Notes: a model not told the origin generated them from the letters alone. Positions 1-9,391 are shown, counted from the stretch's first letter. The stretch: 40,659 nucleotides of DNA from Candidatus Binatia bacterium (GCA_044869705.1 JBIOXP010000397.1:1-40659), one strand, 5' to 3'. Program-made: numbers and translations.

Positions 1-966
1 GTGTACCGGCTTCATTCGATGGTGCCCGACCTCATCGAATTTCGCGACCTCAAGCGGGATCCTAACGTCATCCGCCGAAAAATCCCGGTGCTGGAAACGG
101 TTCGTGGCAAGGCAACCGGGGCGCTGCGCGACGAAGGACTCGCAAACTGGGCGCTTTCGATGGGCCGTCAAAGACTGGGAGCTTTGACGCTGCAGAACAG
201 TCCGCTTTTTTTGCAGAACTTGTCGATGCCGCGATTGCCTGGCGGCAGCGGCAAAATCGACGTTCTCGCCCTCGACCTGATTCGCGATCGCGAGCGCGGC
301 GTACCGAGGTTCAACGAATTTCGCCGCCAGTACGGTCTCAAGCAGTTGACCAGCTTTGACGATTTTGCCGATCCCCATTTGCCGAAGGACTCTGCCGAGC
401 TTGCCGAACAGCGCCGGCTCATCGGCATTCTGCGTGAAAGTTACGGCCAACACCGCTGCGACGCTGCCAAAGTGATCACGAAAGCTCAAGTGAACGATGA
501 CGGTACCCCGATCAATGACTGTTTGGGACATGAAGATGACACTATCGTTGATAACATCGAAGATGTGGATGTTATCGTCGGCATGCTCGCAGAGTTTGCC
601 CGGCCGCATGGCTTCGCAATTTCGGAGACGCAGTTCCAGGTCTTTATCCTCAACGCATCGAGGCGTCTTTTTAGCGATCGTTTTTTTACTTCCAGCTTTC
701 GTCCGGAGTTTTACACCCAACTCGGATATGACTGGGTAATCAACAATGGGCCGGAAACGATGATCGAGAAGGGGCTCTCGAATGGGCATCAAATCGAAGT
801 CATGCCGCTCAAACGCGTGCTGATGCGAACCATTCCAGCGCTTCAAGCCGAGCTCGTACCCGTGATCGACGCCTTTGATCCGTGGGCGCGCGACCGCGGT
901 GAATACTACTCGCTGCAATGGAAGCCACGGGAAGGCGCCGAATCGGATGAATCGTTCAAGCGCTGA
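1..966 (+). CDS. animal-type haem peroxidase family protein, C-terminal part (5' end outside window)
   Basis: ORF is open to the window edge. 'DLIRDRERGVPRFNEFRRQYGL' and 'DVDVIVGMLAEF...SDRFFT' match the conserved RGRDHGLPxYNxFR and DLWVGGLAE...DRFW blocks of the animal haem peroxidase family. Confidence 0.8.
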   Translation: MYRLHSMVPDLIEFRDLKRDPNVIRRKIPVLETVRGKATGALRDEGLANWALSMGRQRLGALTLQNSPLFLQNLSMPRLPGGSGKIDVLALDLIRDRERGVPRFNEFRRQYGLKQLTSFDDFADPHLPKDSAELAEQRRLIGILRESYGQHRCDAAKVITKAQVNDDGTPINDCLGHEDDTIVDNIEDVDVIVGMLAEFARPHGFAISETQFQVFILNASRRLFSDRFFTSSFRPEFYTQLGYDWVINNGPETMIEKGLSNGHQIEVMPLKRVLMRTIPALQAELVPVIDAFDPWARDRGEYYSLQWKPREGAESDESFKR

Positions 967-971
967 TCGTG

Positions 972-1808
972 TTATCGGACAAATTTTTGCCGAGTGAGTT
1001 GGCTATTTCGATCTATCTGGATGTCCACCTGGTGGGCTTCGACGCTCTTTTGAGTAGGGGACTCAGTCGCCGCGGTTAGGCTGTTTGCGAGTAGATTGGC
1101 GACGCAGCCGTAGCTCAGGTCGTTCATGTGCAGGCCGTCGGCGGAAACAATTTCTTCTATTTTATACCGACCGCTCGAGACCCAGTGCCGCATCAGGGCG
1201 AAGCGCCGGAAAACTGCAACGTTCATGTCCTTGGCCACCGCGTCGATGGAGTCGACGATCAGCAGGTGGGTAGGCCGGGCGATAATGCGCGGCGAGAACT
1301 GGGGATCCATCAGGACGACATCGGCGTGCGCGGACTTGAGACGATTTACCCCCTCGCGAATAGTCGCCGTGTATCCGTCTACGTCGTCACTGGTGAGCGT
1401 CTGATTACTGCCGGTCTGCCATATGACCAGCTGCGGATGGTAAGCCAGCACGTCACGCTCGAACCGAGCCAACATTTGGAACGCCTTTTCGCCACCAACT
1501 CCCTGATTCAGCACCGTCAACGCGAGCTGCGGGAAGTTTCGGTGAAGGTCTTCCGCGAGCAGCGCGGGATAGGTGTGAGCGGAATCCGAGGCGCCGATGC
1601 CTTTTGTCGAGGAAGAACCAATACTGACGATGACCAGTGGCTGGCCCGAACGAATCGCTCGGGCGGTACTCGGCAGAGGCACTTTGAAGCGAGTAATCTC
1701 CGGGGGCGCCGGGCAATCTGGCATTTTGTGTGACTCGGCCGCCGATCTGGTTACGACCAGCAATGCGATTAGTCCGGCGGCAATCGCCGACCAGCGAGTG
1801 GTTCTCAT
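972..1808 (-). CDS. secreted SGNH/GDSL-family hydrolase or acyl-transferase (all four catalytic blocks present)
   Basis: Signal-peptide-like N-terminus (MRTTRWSAIAAGLIALLVV). SGNH blocks: I 'IGSSST', II 'NQGVGG', III 'QTGSN', V 'DGLH'. ATGA overlap with the upstream gene at 1805-1808. Confidence 0.75.
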   Translation of the reverse strand: MRTTRWSAIAAGLIALLVVTRSAAESHKMPDCPAPPEITRFKVPLPSTARAIRSGQPLVIVSIGSSSTKGIGASDSAHTYPALLAEDLHRNFPQLALTVLNQGVGGEKAFQMLARFERDVLAYHPQLVIWQTGSNQTLTSDDVDGYTATIREGVNRLKSAHADVVLMDPQFSPRIIARPTHLLIVDSIDAVAKDMNVAVFRRFALMRHWVSSGRYKIEEIVSADGLHMNDLSYGCVANLLANSLTAATESPTQKSVEAHQVDIQIDRNSQLTRQKFVR

Positions 1809-2599
1809 CGGACACTCCCCGACTTGATTCCGGGGGCATTTAGGGCTGGCATCCCGCGCATTACGAAATCGGCCATTGCCCGCCCGATGCAGCCATAAAG
1901 CTTGGCGGCCACACGCCGGCGTTGATCAGTGTCAGTGACTCTTAAATCCAAGAACCCGCTCTCCGCCCAATGTCGCATCATACCATGGCGACGAAACAAC
2001 GGCACGTCGCTGGCGTCAGCGACTTGGCTCATGGCAGCAAGATAAGGCTCGAAATGAATTACGGCTTCGCTGTCGCGCGAAAACTGCATGTTCATCAGCA
2101 CGGTTTCGATCCCGGCAGTTCTGAAATCCTCTATTCCAGCCCGCAGCGTTTCCCTAAACTCATCGATATCGGTTCCGCGAACCGCTTCCATGGTGCCGGT
2201 CTCCCAAACGACAAGATTGGGCTTCATTGGGATGACCTCACGCTCCAGCCGTTCCGCGGCCCGCTTGGCCGTTTGCCGAGCCACGGCTAGATTGACGACC
2301 TTTATCCGCCCCGATGGGAATTTCTCGGCGAGCGCTGCGCCGAAACGCTCGGGCCAGGCGAGGTCGGGCTTTCCCGCGGCAATGCTCAAGCTCGAGGCGC
2401 CCCCGAGCACGACGATGACGACTTCTTGACCGTGAAGGATGGCCTTGGGGGTTTTCGTCAATTGCGGCTCAGAAATGTAAAAGCGCTCGGGCACGGAGCA
2501 GTCCCGCTCCTGGGCAAAAATCGGCGCCGGTGCGCAGAGAAGCCCGATTTTGCCGGCTGCGATCAGCGTAAAACTTCGGCTCATCAAACGAAGCATCAT
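1805..2599 (-). CDS. SGNH-like paralog with degenerate catalytic blocks (probable non-catalytic partner)
   Basis: Aligns without gaps to the 972-1808 product across blocks I-V. Start set at ATGATG 2599: signal-like MMLRLMSRSFTLIAAGKIGLL and an ATGA overlap with the opgC stop. The track start at 2674 was not used. Block I Ser is kept ('GGASS'). Block II 'NLAVAR', block III 'GTM' and block V 'DQRR' lack the Gly, Asn and His. Confidence 0.65.
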   Translation of the reverse strand: MMLRLMSRSFTLIAAGKIGLLCAPAPIFAQERDCSVPERFYISEPQLTKTPKAILHGQEVVIVVLGGASSLSIAAGKPDLAWPERFGAALAEKFPSGRIKVVNLAVARQTAKRAAERLEREVIPMKPNLVVWETGTMEAVRGTDIDEFRETLRAGIEDFRTAGIETVLMNMQFSRDSEAVIHFEPYLAAMSQVADASDVPLFRRHGMMRHWAESGFLDLRVTDTDQRRRVAAKLYGCIGRAMADFVMRGMPALNAPGIKSGSVR

Positions 2600-3885
2600 C
2601 GTCGTGTCCCTCCGCCGATTGCTGGTGCTCGGAGCGCCGGGCTCCCGGATACGCGCTGTGCAGCGGCGAACCACTCCATCAACGCCGCCACGCTGATCAT
2701 AATGGTAATACCGACCGCGGAGACAAAGATCTGCATCAATGTACCGCCGAAAAATTCATTGAGCACCAGGTGCGCCAGCACCGACAGCAGGATCGCGAGG
2801 CAAAAGATGTGGAGGGAATTTCGCCCGCAGATCAAAAAGGCCCGCGCACCGCGACTCGCCAAAAACTGCGCCTGGGGATGAATCAGGCGCGACACGAGGA
2901 GCGCAACCGCAAGCACATTGGCGAACCGGAGTAGCCCCAAATCCCCTTTGCTCAACAACGGCCACAAGAATTCGATGCTGACGGGAACCGGAAGCGGATC
3001 GTAGAGGTCGTGCAATGTCCAACTAAACCGGATCACAAATCCGGCAAGGGCGGCGGCTGCCGCGAAATAGAAGAGCCAACGCTGTTTAAGCGATGTGACG
3101 CCGCCGTGATGATTACCGCGCCAGCCGAGCCATCCACCCAGGAAGAACAGACACTGCCAGGCAAAGGGGTTGAAGAACCACACATGGTCCGGACCGGGAT
3201 AGGCCGACAGTGCTACCCTTTTGTCGAACTGAACCGCCAGCCAGAGCGCTGCTGACGCAAAAATCACAACCCACGGGCGGGAAATAAATCCCCTCAGCAC
3301 GAAAGGCAATACTGCGAGCAGGACGATGTAAAGCGGCAGGATATCCATGAAAGCCGGCTGGAATTGCAACATCAGCGCTTTCACGACGGCCAGTCCCGGC
3401 TCGTTGAGAAAATTGGCGGCGCCGAACTCCTCGGCGTAGATCGGGTTGTTGAGAGCACCGACCGTAAATCCGACGGTCGCCATGAACATCATGAAGAGAA
3501 ACACATGCGCGACGTAAAGTTGCCAAACCCGGTGATAGATGCGCACCCCGCTGAGCAAAAAACCATGACGCTCCATGGCGCGACCGTACACCATGCCGGC
3601 GGTATAACCAGAGATGAAAATGAACACCTCGGCGGCATCGGCGAACATCACCGATTGGATGGTAAATCGCGCTAGGATGTTATCGGGCATGTGGTCGATG
3701 AACATGCAAAAGAGAGCCAAGCCACGAAAAAAATCGAGCCGCAAGTCGCGCTGCGCAATCGACTGACTGCTCGGCACAGCAGTGATTTCTTCCGAGTTAC
3801 TTTTGTCCACCGGGGTCAACGGGATAGCCGGTGTGTCTCGGCGCTCGATTCTATCCGGGTCGTGTTGACGGGCACGAAGCATCAT
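2596..3885 (-). CDS. opgC: OpgC-family membrane O-acyl(succinyl)transferase
   Basis: Polytopic membrane protein, hydrophobic throughout. N-terminal 'RDLRLDFFRGLALFCMFIDHMPDN' is the typical OpgC / acyltransferase-3-like entry motif. Confidence 0.7.
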   Translation of the reverse strand: MMLRARQHDPDRIERRDTPAIPLTPVDKSNSEEITAVPSSQSIAQRDLRLDFFRGLALFCMFIDHMPDNILARFTIQSVMFADAAEVFIFISGYTAGMVYGRAMERHGFLLSGVRIYHRVWQLYVAHVFLFMMFMATVGFTVGALNNPIYAEEFGAANFLNEPGLAVVKALMLQFQPAFMDILPLYIVLLAVLPFVLRGFISRPWVVIFASAALWLAVQFDKRVALSAYPGPDHVWFFNPFAWQCLFFLGGWLGWRGNHHGGVTSLKQRWLFYFAAAAALAGFVIRFSWTLHDLYDPLPVPVSIEFLWPLLSKGDLGLLRFANVLAVALLVSRLIHPQAQFLASRGARAFLICGRNSLHIFCLAILLSVLAHLVLNEFFGGTLMQIFVSAVGITIMISVAALMEWFAAAQRVSGSPALRAPAIGGGTRR

Positions 3886-4125
3886 TAACCTAGTCTGTAA
3901 CCGACCAATTGTGAGTTCTAAGATATCTCTGGGCTGGTTTCAAACCCAGCCGTCCGGCAGAGGGAGCGATGCCCGGCTGCGGCGAACGGAGACTCTCATG
4001 GCGGAGTGGAATTCCAGCTTTGCGGTACGTTTCGTTCAGTCTGCGTAAATCGTCTGGATGCTCGGTCAAGTCGTAAATAAAAATAGAGTAGCCCGATTTT
4101 AGCGATCGGGGCACGCGAATCTTGC

Positions 4126-5586
4126 TTAACGTTGTTCAGAACCCTCAAGCTCACGCTGCTGGTACTCGATCACAGCGAGGAAATCAGTGGAGGCAACAAT
4201 CTTCAAGTTTTCCTGTGGGTGGTTAGTTAAAAACTCGCTCGCTTGGCGCTTGAACGTCAAACAAAGGAAAGCCTCATGCTTAGCGAGCAGCCGCTCCAGT
4301 CCTTGCCGATCGATGGTTTCCACATGATCGCCGAGATAAAAACGGGGCGCCGGGTCCGCTACACCAAACGTGTAAAGTAGCGGCACGCGCTTCGCAAAAA
4401 TCGGGGTGCTTCGCAGTAACCGAACTTCCGGGCTGAAATCGAGAATATCGGAACTTTCCACAAACGGGCCGCGGCCATTAGCGATGCCAGGCAGCACGGC
4501 CAGAGTAGCGAGCAGTAATACGGCAACGCGTACCCGGTGGTCATGGACGAGTCTCATGATGCCAAGAGCGGCTACGAGAGCCGCACCCGCAAAAACGGGC
4601 GTAAGATACCCGCCGATCTTGGTTCTTTGTAGGCTCACGATCGTGAATGCCGCCAACGGCAAGACGCTAACTCCGGCAAGTAACCGATCGCGTTTAAAAA
4701 TGGCGACTCCTACGGCAAGTGCTATTCCAGCCGCATGAACAGGAGCGAGGAATCCGGCCTTATCAAAATAGGTCTCCAGATAGAAGAACGAACTCCCTTC
4801 GTGACCCTCTAACGGCCGAAGAAAGCGGTTCACGATATGAAAACCGAGGTATTGATCAAGAAAAGAACGACCATGTGTGATTATCGACCAAACGTGCCAG
4901 GGTAGCGCTACCGCTAAAGCTACAAATGTGGCAACCGCTATCTCTTTGGAATGTAAAAAGCGGACGCCGTGCTTTGCGACGCCGATTGATAGCAATCCGG
5001 GGATAAACAGAAAGGCGGCCACCGACTTCGTGAGGATGGCGAGCCCAAAAATTGCGCCGGTTGAAATCATAAAAGACGGTCGTGTCTCACCGTGTAGGAG
5101 AAGAACCACCGAAAGCATTCCCAAAGTCGTGAGGGGAATGTCCATCATCGCGAGCCGGCTATATGCGACAAACTGAGGGACACCGAGCAGTAAGAGCGCG
5201 GCCAGCAGGCCAGTCGTTCGGTCACCCATGCGGCGCCCGGCCAAGTACTGAAGCGCGATGGCAGTCGTTCCAAACAGCGCGCTCGGAAGGCGCAGAGCAA
5301 ACTCTGTCAGACCGAATACAAAGGAGCTTGCGCCCATCAGCCAAAATGCAAAGGGCGGTTTCTCGAACCATAAGCGGTCGCCATAGCGCAAGGTCAGCCC
5401 AGGATGTTCGAGAAGTTCGCGAGTTACTACGCCATAGATTGCTTCGTCCCAATTCGCTAAACTTTCCAGCCCCAGGCCCGGGAGAATGACAATGGCGGCA
5501 ATGACGGCAAGGCCGACGGCTACGGCGATGTCGCGACCGTCGAAGACAGCTACGTGAAGTCCAGAGTGGCTGGCCGCGGATTTCAT
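4126..5586 (-). CDS. GT-C fold membrane glycosyltransferase (ArnT/PMT_2-like, GT39/GT83-type)
   Basis: About 10 or more hydrophobic helices. First-loop 'WDEAIYGVVTRELLEHPG...WFEKPPFAFWLMG' carries the DE..Y motif and 'KPP' block typical of ArnT/PMT-family enzymes. Soluble C-terminal domain. Confidence 0.75.
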   Translation of the reverse strand: MKSAASHSGLHVAVFDGRDIAVAVGLAVIAAIVILPGLGLESLANWDEAIYGVVTRELLEHPGLTLRYGDRLWFEKPPFAFWLMGASSFVFGLTEFALRLPSALFGTTAIALQYLAGRRMGDRTTGLLAALLLLGVPQFVAYSRLAMMDIPLTTLGMLSVVLLLHGETRPSFMISTGAIFGLAILTKSVAAFLFIPGLLSIGVAKHGVRFLHSKEIAVATFVALAVALPWHVWSIITHGRSFLDQYLGFHIVNRFLRPLEGHEGSSFFYLETYFDKAGFLAPVHAAGIALAVGVAIFKRDRLLAGVSVLPLAAFTIVSLQRTKIGGYLTPVFAGAALVAALGIMRLVHDHRVRVAVLLLATLAVLPGIANGRGPFVESSDILDFSPEVRLLRSTPIFAKRVPLLYTFGVADPAPRFYLGDHVETIDRQGLERLLAKHEAFLCLTFKRQASEFLTNHPQENLKIVASTDFLAVIEYQQRELEGSEQR

Positions 5587-5721
5587 ACCTATTTTGTTTG
5601 AGCCCTTAGCTCATCATCTGCTTGCCAATTGAAGTGTAGCCCCGTAGGTCGGCTCAGAGACGTTCACGGTGCAGATTCAACCGTCCATATCGGTGGAGCA
5701 AATTCGCGGATAACACCCACG

Positions 5722-7968
5722 TTATCGCCGTCCATCAAGGATCTCATAAGTATGTTCAAGGACAGCAAACCCCGTTGGGCGGAGGAGGCGAAGGCTGAGC
5801 TGAGAGTCGGCTTGCGGCGCGGTCCATTCAATGGCCCCCGACCACGTCGTACCCGAGGCGAGTGTGGGCAAGGCGATCGCGCCGTGCGCAAAGACCCTCC
5901 GATCGTCCAGCGCAGCCACCGTCCACGCCAGAGAATAGCCCTGTAAGCTGTAGGCGGGCAGATCACGCTCGACCGGACCGCGAGCCCGCAGGATCACCGC
6001 CGCACGGTAGCCGCCGTTGGGGGCCATGGACATGCGGACACTGTCGAGTACCGCGGGGGCATAAGCCTCACGCAGCACGGTCCAAGAGCCTCGCCGCTGA
6101 CGCTGCGCATCGACCACGCCCATCGCCAGCCCGTTTGGCGTACGATGGTCCTGGTAGGTAAAGAAGATGGCGCCCGCGATGAACGGCCGGCTCCGGAACG
6201 CCGGCAGTTGCTCACGGATGAGTTGCTGGCGCACGTGATCAGCGGCCGCGGAGTCTGACGCCTGCTCAGGGGGGACGGCGTAATACTGCGACTGGTCATC
6301 GCCGCCACGCGGATGGATCCACTCCCAGTGAGCGGCGAAACCGTACTCCGAAATAATCACGGGTTTATCGGGCCAGGCGGCGTGGATGGCATCGAGCACC
6401 GGACCGAGCTCGGCCTTGGGCCCGCTCCAGGTGCCGAAGTATGCGTTGATCATTACGATGTCTGCAAGGGCGGTCGCATCGGCCCAGGGCTGATGTCCCA
6501 GGCGGTTGGAAGCGAACCCGACGGGTCGTGTGGGGTCGAGGGTTTTCGCCAGCGCGATCATCTCGCGGACAAACTCGTGTCCAGCCGTGGTATCAGAGGC
6601 AAATTCGTTACCCACACTCCAGGCCCAGACGGCAGGATGATTGGCGTGGGAGCGGATCATCTCCTGGAGCTGCTGCCGTGCGAGGGCTCGGACGGGGGGG
6701 TACGATAACTGCGCTGCGGAGAGCTGCCAGACCGGGATCTCGGGGATCAGCAGTAAGCCGTGGCGGTCGGCATAGTCGAGGACAAACTCCGCCTGCGGGT
6801 AATGTATCGGACGGGAGAGAACGGCGTTCAAGCGCTTCACGTCGGCGAAGTCAGCCGCCATTACGGCGAAGGGCTCCGCTAGGCCGTACGCAGGCGAATC
6901 GGCGTGGCGCGTAAGCCCCACTAGACGCACGGGCTCGCCGTTCAGATAGAGGCGGGCACCGCGCTGCTCGATCGTTCGGATACCGAACGTCTCGTCCGCG
7001 GTGTGGAGGATCGGGCCGTCAACGGCTCCAAGTATGGCTTGCCAGCGATATAGATGCGGGTGATCGAAGTGCCAGAGAAGAGGGTCTGAGAGCGTGGCGG
7101 TCAGGGTGATCTCCTGGCTTGCACCTGGCGGGAGGTGGACAGCCGTGGTTGGGGTGGCGGTCAACACTGACGGTCCCGCGGTCTCGTGGCGCACTTCGCC
7201 CCTCAACAACCCATCCAGCGGTTGGTCCGAGGCGTTCGTCACCGTCACCGTGGTCGTGACGGTCGCCGTTTCGGCCCGGCCGACATCAACGAGGGCGGGG
7301 ACCGCCACCAGCCGCTGCTGCGCAATGAACGCCCGGCTCGAGACGTGCACGGTTGCCTCGCGCACGACCCCTCCATAATGCCACCAATCGTACGACCAAG
7401 GCGTGGCGAGGGCTGCTGGCAGGCGGTCCATGGCCCGCCGATTGTCCACCCGTACGGCTAGCACGTTTGCCGCTCCCGGTTGGGCCAGGCCGCTGACGTC
7501 GAACTCAAAGGGGGTATAGCCGCCTTCGTGCTCACCCAGATAGACCCCATTCCACCAGACCTGAGCTAGGTAGAAGACGGCGCCAAAGCGCAGGCGCACA
7601 TGCGCCTCCCGAGCCATAGGAGGCAGCGTGAGCTGCCGTCGGTACCAGCCGATGCCCGCATAGTCGGCATACTCCGGCATAATGTTCCAGGTGTGCGGCA
7701 CAGTTACGGACCGCCAGCCGGTGTCATCGAATGCCGGATTTGCCCAGCCCCGCGCGTGCCCCTCACCATCGGGGTCGATTGCAAAGTGCCAGGTACCAGA
7801 CAGTGACAGCGTCTCCGGGGATACAGCGACGAAAGGGCGGGCATTGGCCTGAAATGACGGGGCGGTTGGGATCGGGTGGTGAACTAAGGTACAGCCTCCC
7901 AGGTCACCGACCAAAATGGGTCCGAGGAGGAGCACAATCAGCAAAGTGCGTAGCTGCGTGGCGCACAT
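5722..7968 (-). CDS. glycoside hydrolase family 2 (beta-galactosidase/glucuronidase/mannosidase-type), secreted or lipoprotein
   Basis: GH2 N-domain motifs 'WRSVTVPHTWN', 'WYRRQLTLP', 'FYLAQVWWNGVYLGEHEGGYTPFEFDVS', 'NVLAVRVDN'. TIM-barrel 'HYPQ..FVLDYADRHGLLLIPEIPVW'. Acid/base 'WSVGNE', nucleophile 'IISEYG'. N-terminal signal with 'LGGC'. Confidence 0.85.
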   Translation of the reverse strand: MCATQLRTLLIVLLLGPILVGDLGGCTLVHHPIPTAPSFQANARPFVAVSPETLSLSGTWHFAIDPDGEGHARGWANPAFDDTGWRSVTVPHTWNIMPEYADYAGIGWYRRQLTLPPMAREAHVRLRFGAVFYLAQVWWNGVYLGEHEGGYTPFEFDVSGLAQPGAANVLAVRVDNRRAMDRLPAALATPWSYDWWHYGGVVREATVHVSSRAFIAQQRLVAVPALVDVGRAETATVTTTVTVTNASDQPLDGLLRGEVRHETAGPSVLTATPTTAVHLPPGASQEITLTATLSDPLLWHFDHPHLYRWQAILGAVDGPILHTADETFGIRTIEQRGARLYLNGEPVRLVGLTRHADSPAYGLAEPFAVMAADFADVKRLNAVLSRPIHYPQAEFVLDYADRHGLLLIPEIPVWQLSAAQLSYPPVRALARQQLQEMIRSHANHPAVWAWSVGNEFASDTTAGHEFVREMIALAKTLDPTRPVGFASNRLGHQPWADATALADIVMINAYFGTWSGPKAELGPVLDAIHAAWPDKPVIISEYGFAAHWEWIHPRGGDDQSQYYAVPPEQASDSAAADHVRQQLIREQLPAFRSRPFIAGAIFFTYQDHRTPNGLAMGVVDAQRQRRGSWTVLREAYAPAVLDSVRMSMAPNGGYRAAVILRARGPVERDLPAYSLQGYSLAWTVAALDDRRVFAHGAIALPTLASGTTWSGAIEWTAPQADSQLSLRLLRPTGFAVLEHTYEILDGRR

Positions 7969-8008
7969 AACGACTCACTCTTAGCTCTTTCCGAGGCGAG
8001 CGTGCGTA

Positions 8009-9391
8009 TTACGGAACCATCGGCTGGCCTTCGCGCTGAGGAGATGTCTCTGCTTTGGTTCGTTTGAAAACATCGGAGGCAGCGGTGGCGGCGCGCACGA
8101 CGATGATGGCCAGGACCGGGTGCAGCGGCTCGGTGTAACGCATTTCGGCCCAGGTGATCGAGTGGACAAGCGTGAAATACGCACCGATGGCGATGAACGG
8201 CAGCAGTGGTCGGATACGACCGCGCAGCACTAAGAACACCAACGCGGCCAAAGCGAGTATGGGCAACTGCCGCGCCACAAGTATACGGAACACCTTTAGC
8301 GGCGGGTATGAGAACCAGCTGCGCCTCATGTGCCAGTCGTACATCTCCCAATACCCCCACCCGACCCACAAATAACCGGCCTTCTTCAGCGAGTAAATGG
8401 CGTATACCATCGGCTCGGCCCAGATCGAGTGAAGCCCGCGCTGGTTGAAGTATCGATCGCCTTCGATCGTGTGCGGGTCATACCCGCCATTACGCTGGGG
8501 GTTGAGCTCATTAACCCAGATATCAGCCATCTCCCGGTGACGTTGCACTAGGTGATAAAACTCCGGACTACCCTGCCACAGGGCGCCGGCTGAGATGCTC
8601 AGTGGCAGGAAGCGGTGAAATGTGCGCCAGTTGTGGTAGGTCCACGGCACGATGACCGCCACCATGGCGAGGACAAACGCTATGCAGATACCGGCCTTCT
8701 GCTTCAGGTGCCAGCGCCAGGGTAGCAATAAGGGCAAAACCAGTGGGAGCAGTGCGCTGGTGGGTCGGCAGAGGGTGACCAGGGCCATGCTCGCTCCGGC
8801 TACCGCGAAACGCCACGCCCGCGGCGCCTCCAATGCCCATAGGAGCGCCAGCAGCGCCACGAGGAGGAGCGGTGTGTACACGATCTCGGCATACATGTAG
8901 CGCGCCTGATCGACCAGTAAGTCATCGACGGCGACGATCCCGGCCGCGACAAGCGCCGGGATGATCCCGGCGAAGCGCCGGGCTAGTATGTATGTCAACG
9001 GGATGGTTGCCATACCGACGAAGGCCTGAACGTACAACAGCTTGGCAACAGAGCGCTCGTTCAAGGCGAAGTAAACTCCGGCGATGAACATCGGGTACAC
9101 CGGCACGCGCACAGGAGATTCAAAAAACACGCCTTTTACCAGAGCGTAGGCTAACCCTTCGTAACCGCTCTCGTCGCCGATTAGGTGTAAGGCCAGTTCA
9201 TCCGGTGCCTCGGAAATCCTTTGCCTGACGGCGTGCAAACGCAGCAACAATGCTCCCACCATCAGCAGAGTCAGGGCTACAGCAATCCATGTTCGGAAAC
9301 CAGCAGGGATGGGTAGCGGAGACATAACGGATTTATTTGTCTGGTCGCCGATAAACAACCGAGTTTTATAGCCCGAAAAGCACTGGACCAC
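8009..9391 (-). CDS. GT-C fold membrane glycosyltransferase (PMT_2/ArnT-like), second copy
   Basis: Polytopic membrane protein. First-loop 'IGDESGYEGLAYALVKG...VRVPVYPMFIAG' matches the DE..Y / 'R.P.YP' pattern of the PMT_2 family. The GTG at 9391 gives the maximal ORF. An ATG at 9325 (MSPLPIPAGFRTWIAVALTLL) is an equally plausible start. Confidence 0.65.
   Translation of the reverse strand: MVQCFSGYKTRLFIGDQTNKSVMSPLPIPAGFRTWIAVALTLLMVGALLLRLHAVRQRISEAPDELALHLIGDESGYEGLAYALVKGVFFESPVRVPVYPMFIAGVYFALNERSVAKLLYVQAFVGMATIPLTYILARRFAGIIPALVAAGIVAVDDLLVDQARYMYAEIVYTPLLLVALLALLWALEAPRAWRFAVAGASMALVTLCRPTSALLPLVLPLLLPWRWHLKQKAGICIAFVLAMVAVIVPWTYHNWRTFHRFLPLSISAGALWQGSPEFYHLVQRHREMADIWVNELNPQRNGGYDPHTIEGDRYFNQRGLHSIWAEPMVYAIYSLKKAGYLWVGWGYWEMYDWHMRRSWFSYPPLKVFRILVARQLPILALAALVFLVLRGRIRPLLPFIAIGAYFTLVHSITWAEMRYTEPLHPVLAIIVVRAATAASDVFKRTKAETSPQREGQPMVP

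Noticed and set aside
1128-1733. 201-aa plus-strand ORF (with 1085-1273, 1126-1404, 1453-1839 and 1597-1827) overlapping the SGNH gene.
   Set aside because: It is antisense or out of frame relative to a gene with clear SGNH motifs. The sequence is Arg/Gly-rich and low-complexity, typical of GC-rich shadow ORFs.
3890-4114. 74-aa minus-strand ORF in the 240-nt gap between the GT-C gene and opgC.
   Set aside because: It has no recognisable motif, no clear Shine-Dalgarno sequence and a composition unlike its neighbours. A GGCTGG-N8-CCAGCC hairpin sits inside it. It may be real, but I cannot support it, so it is left uncalled.
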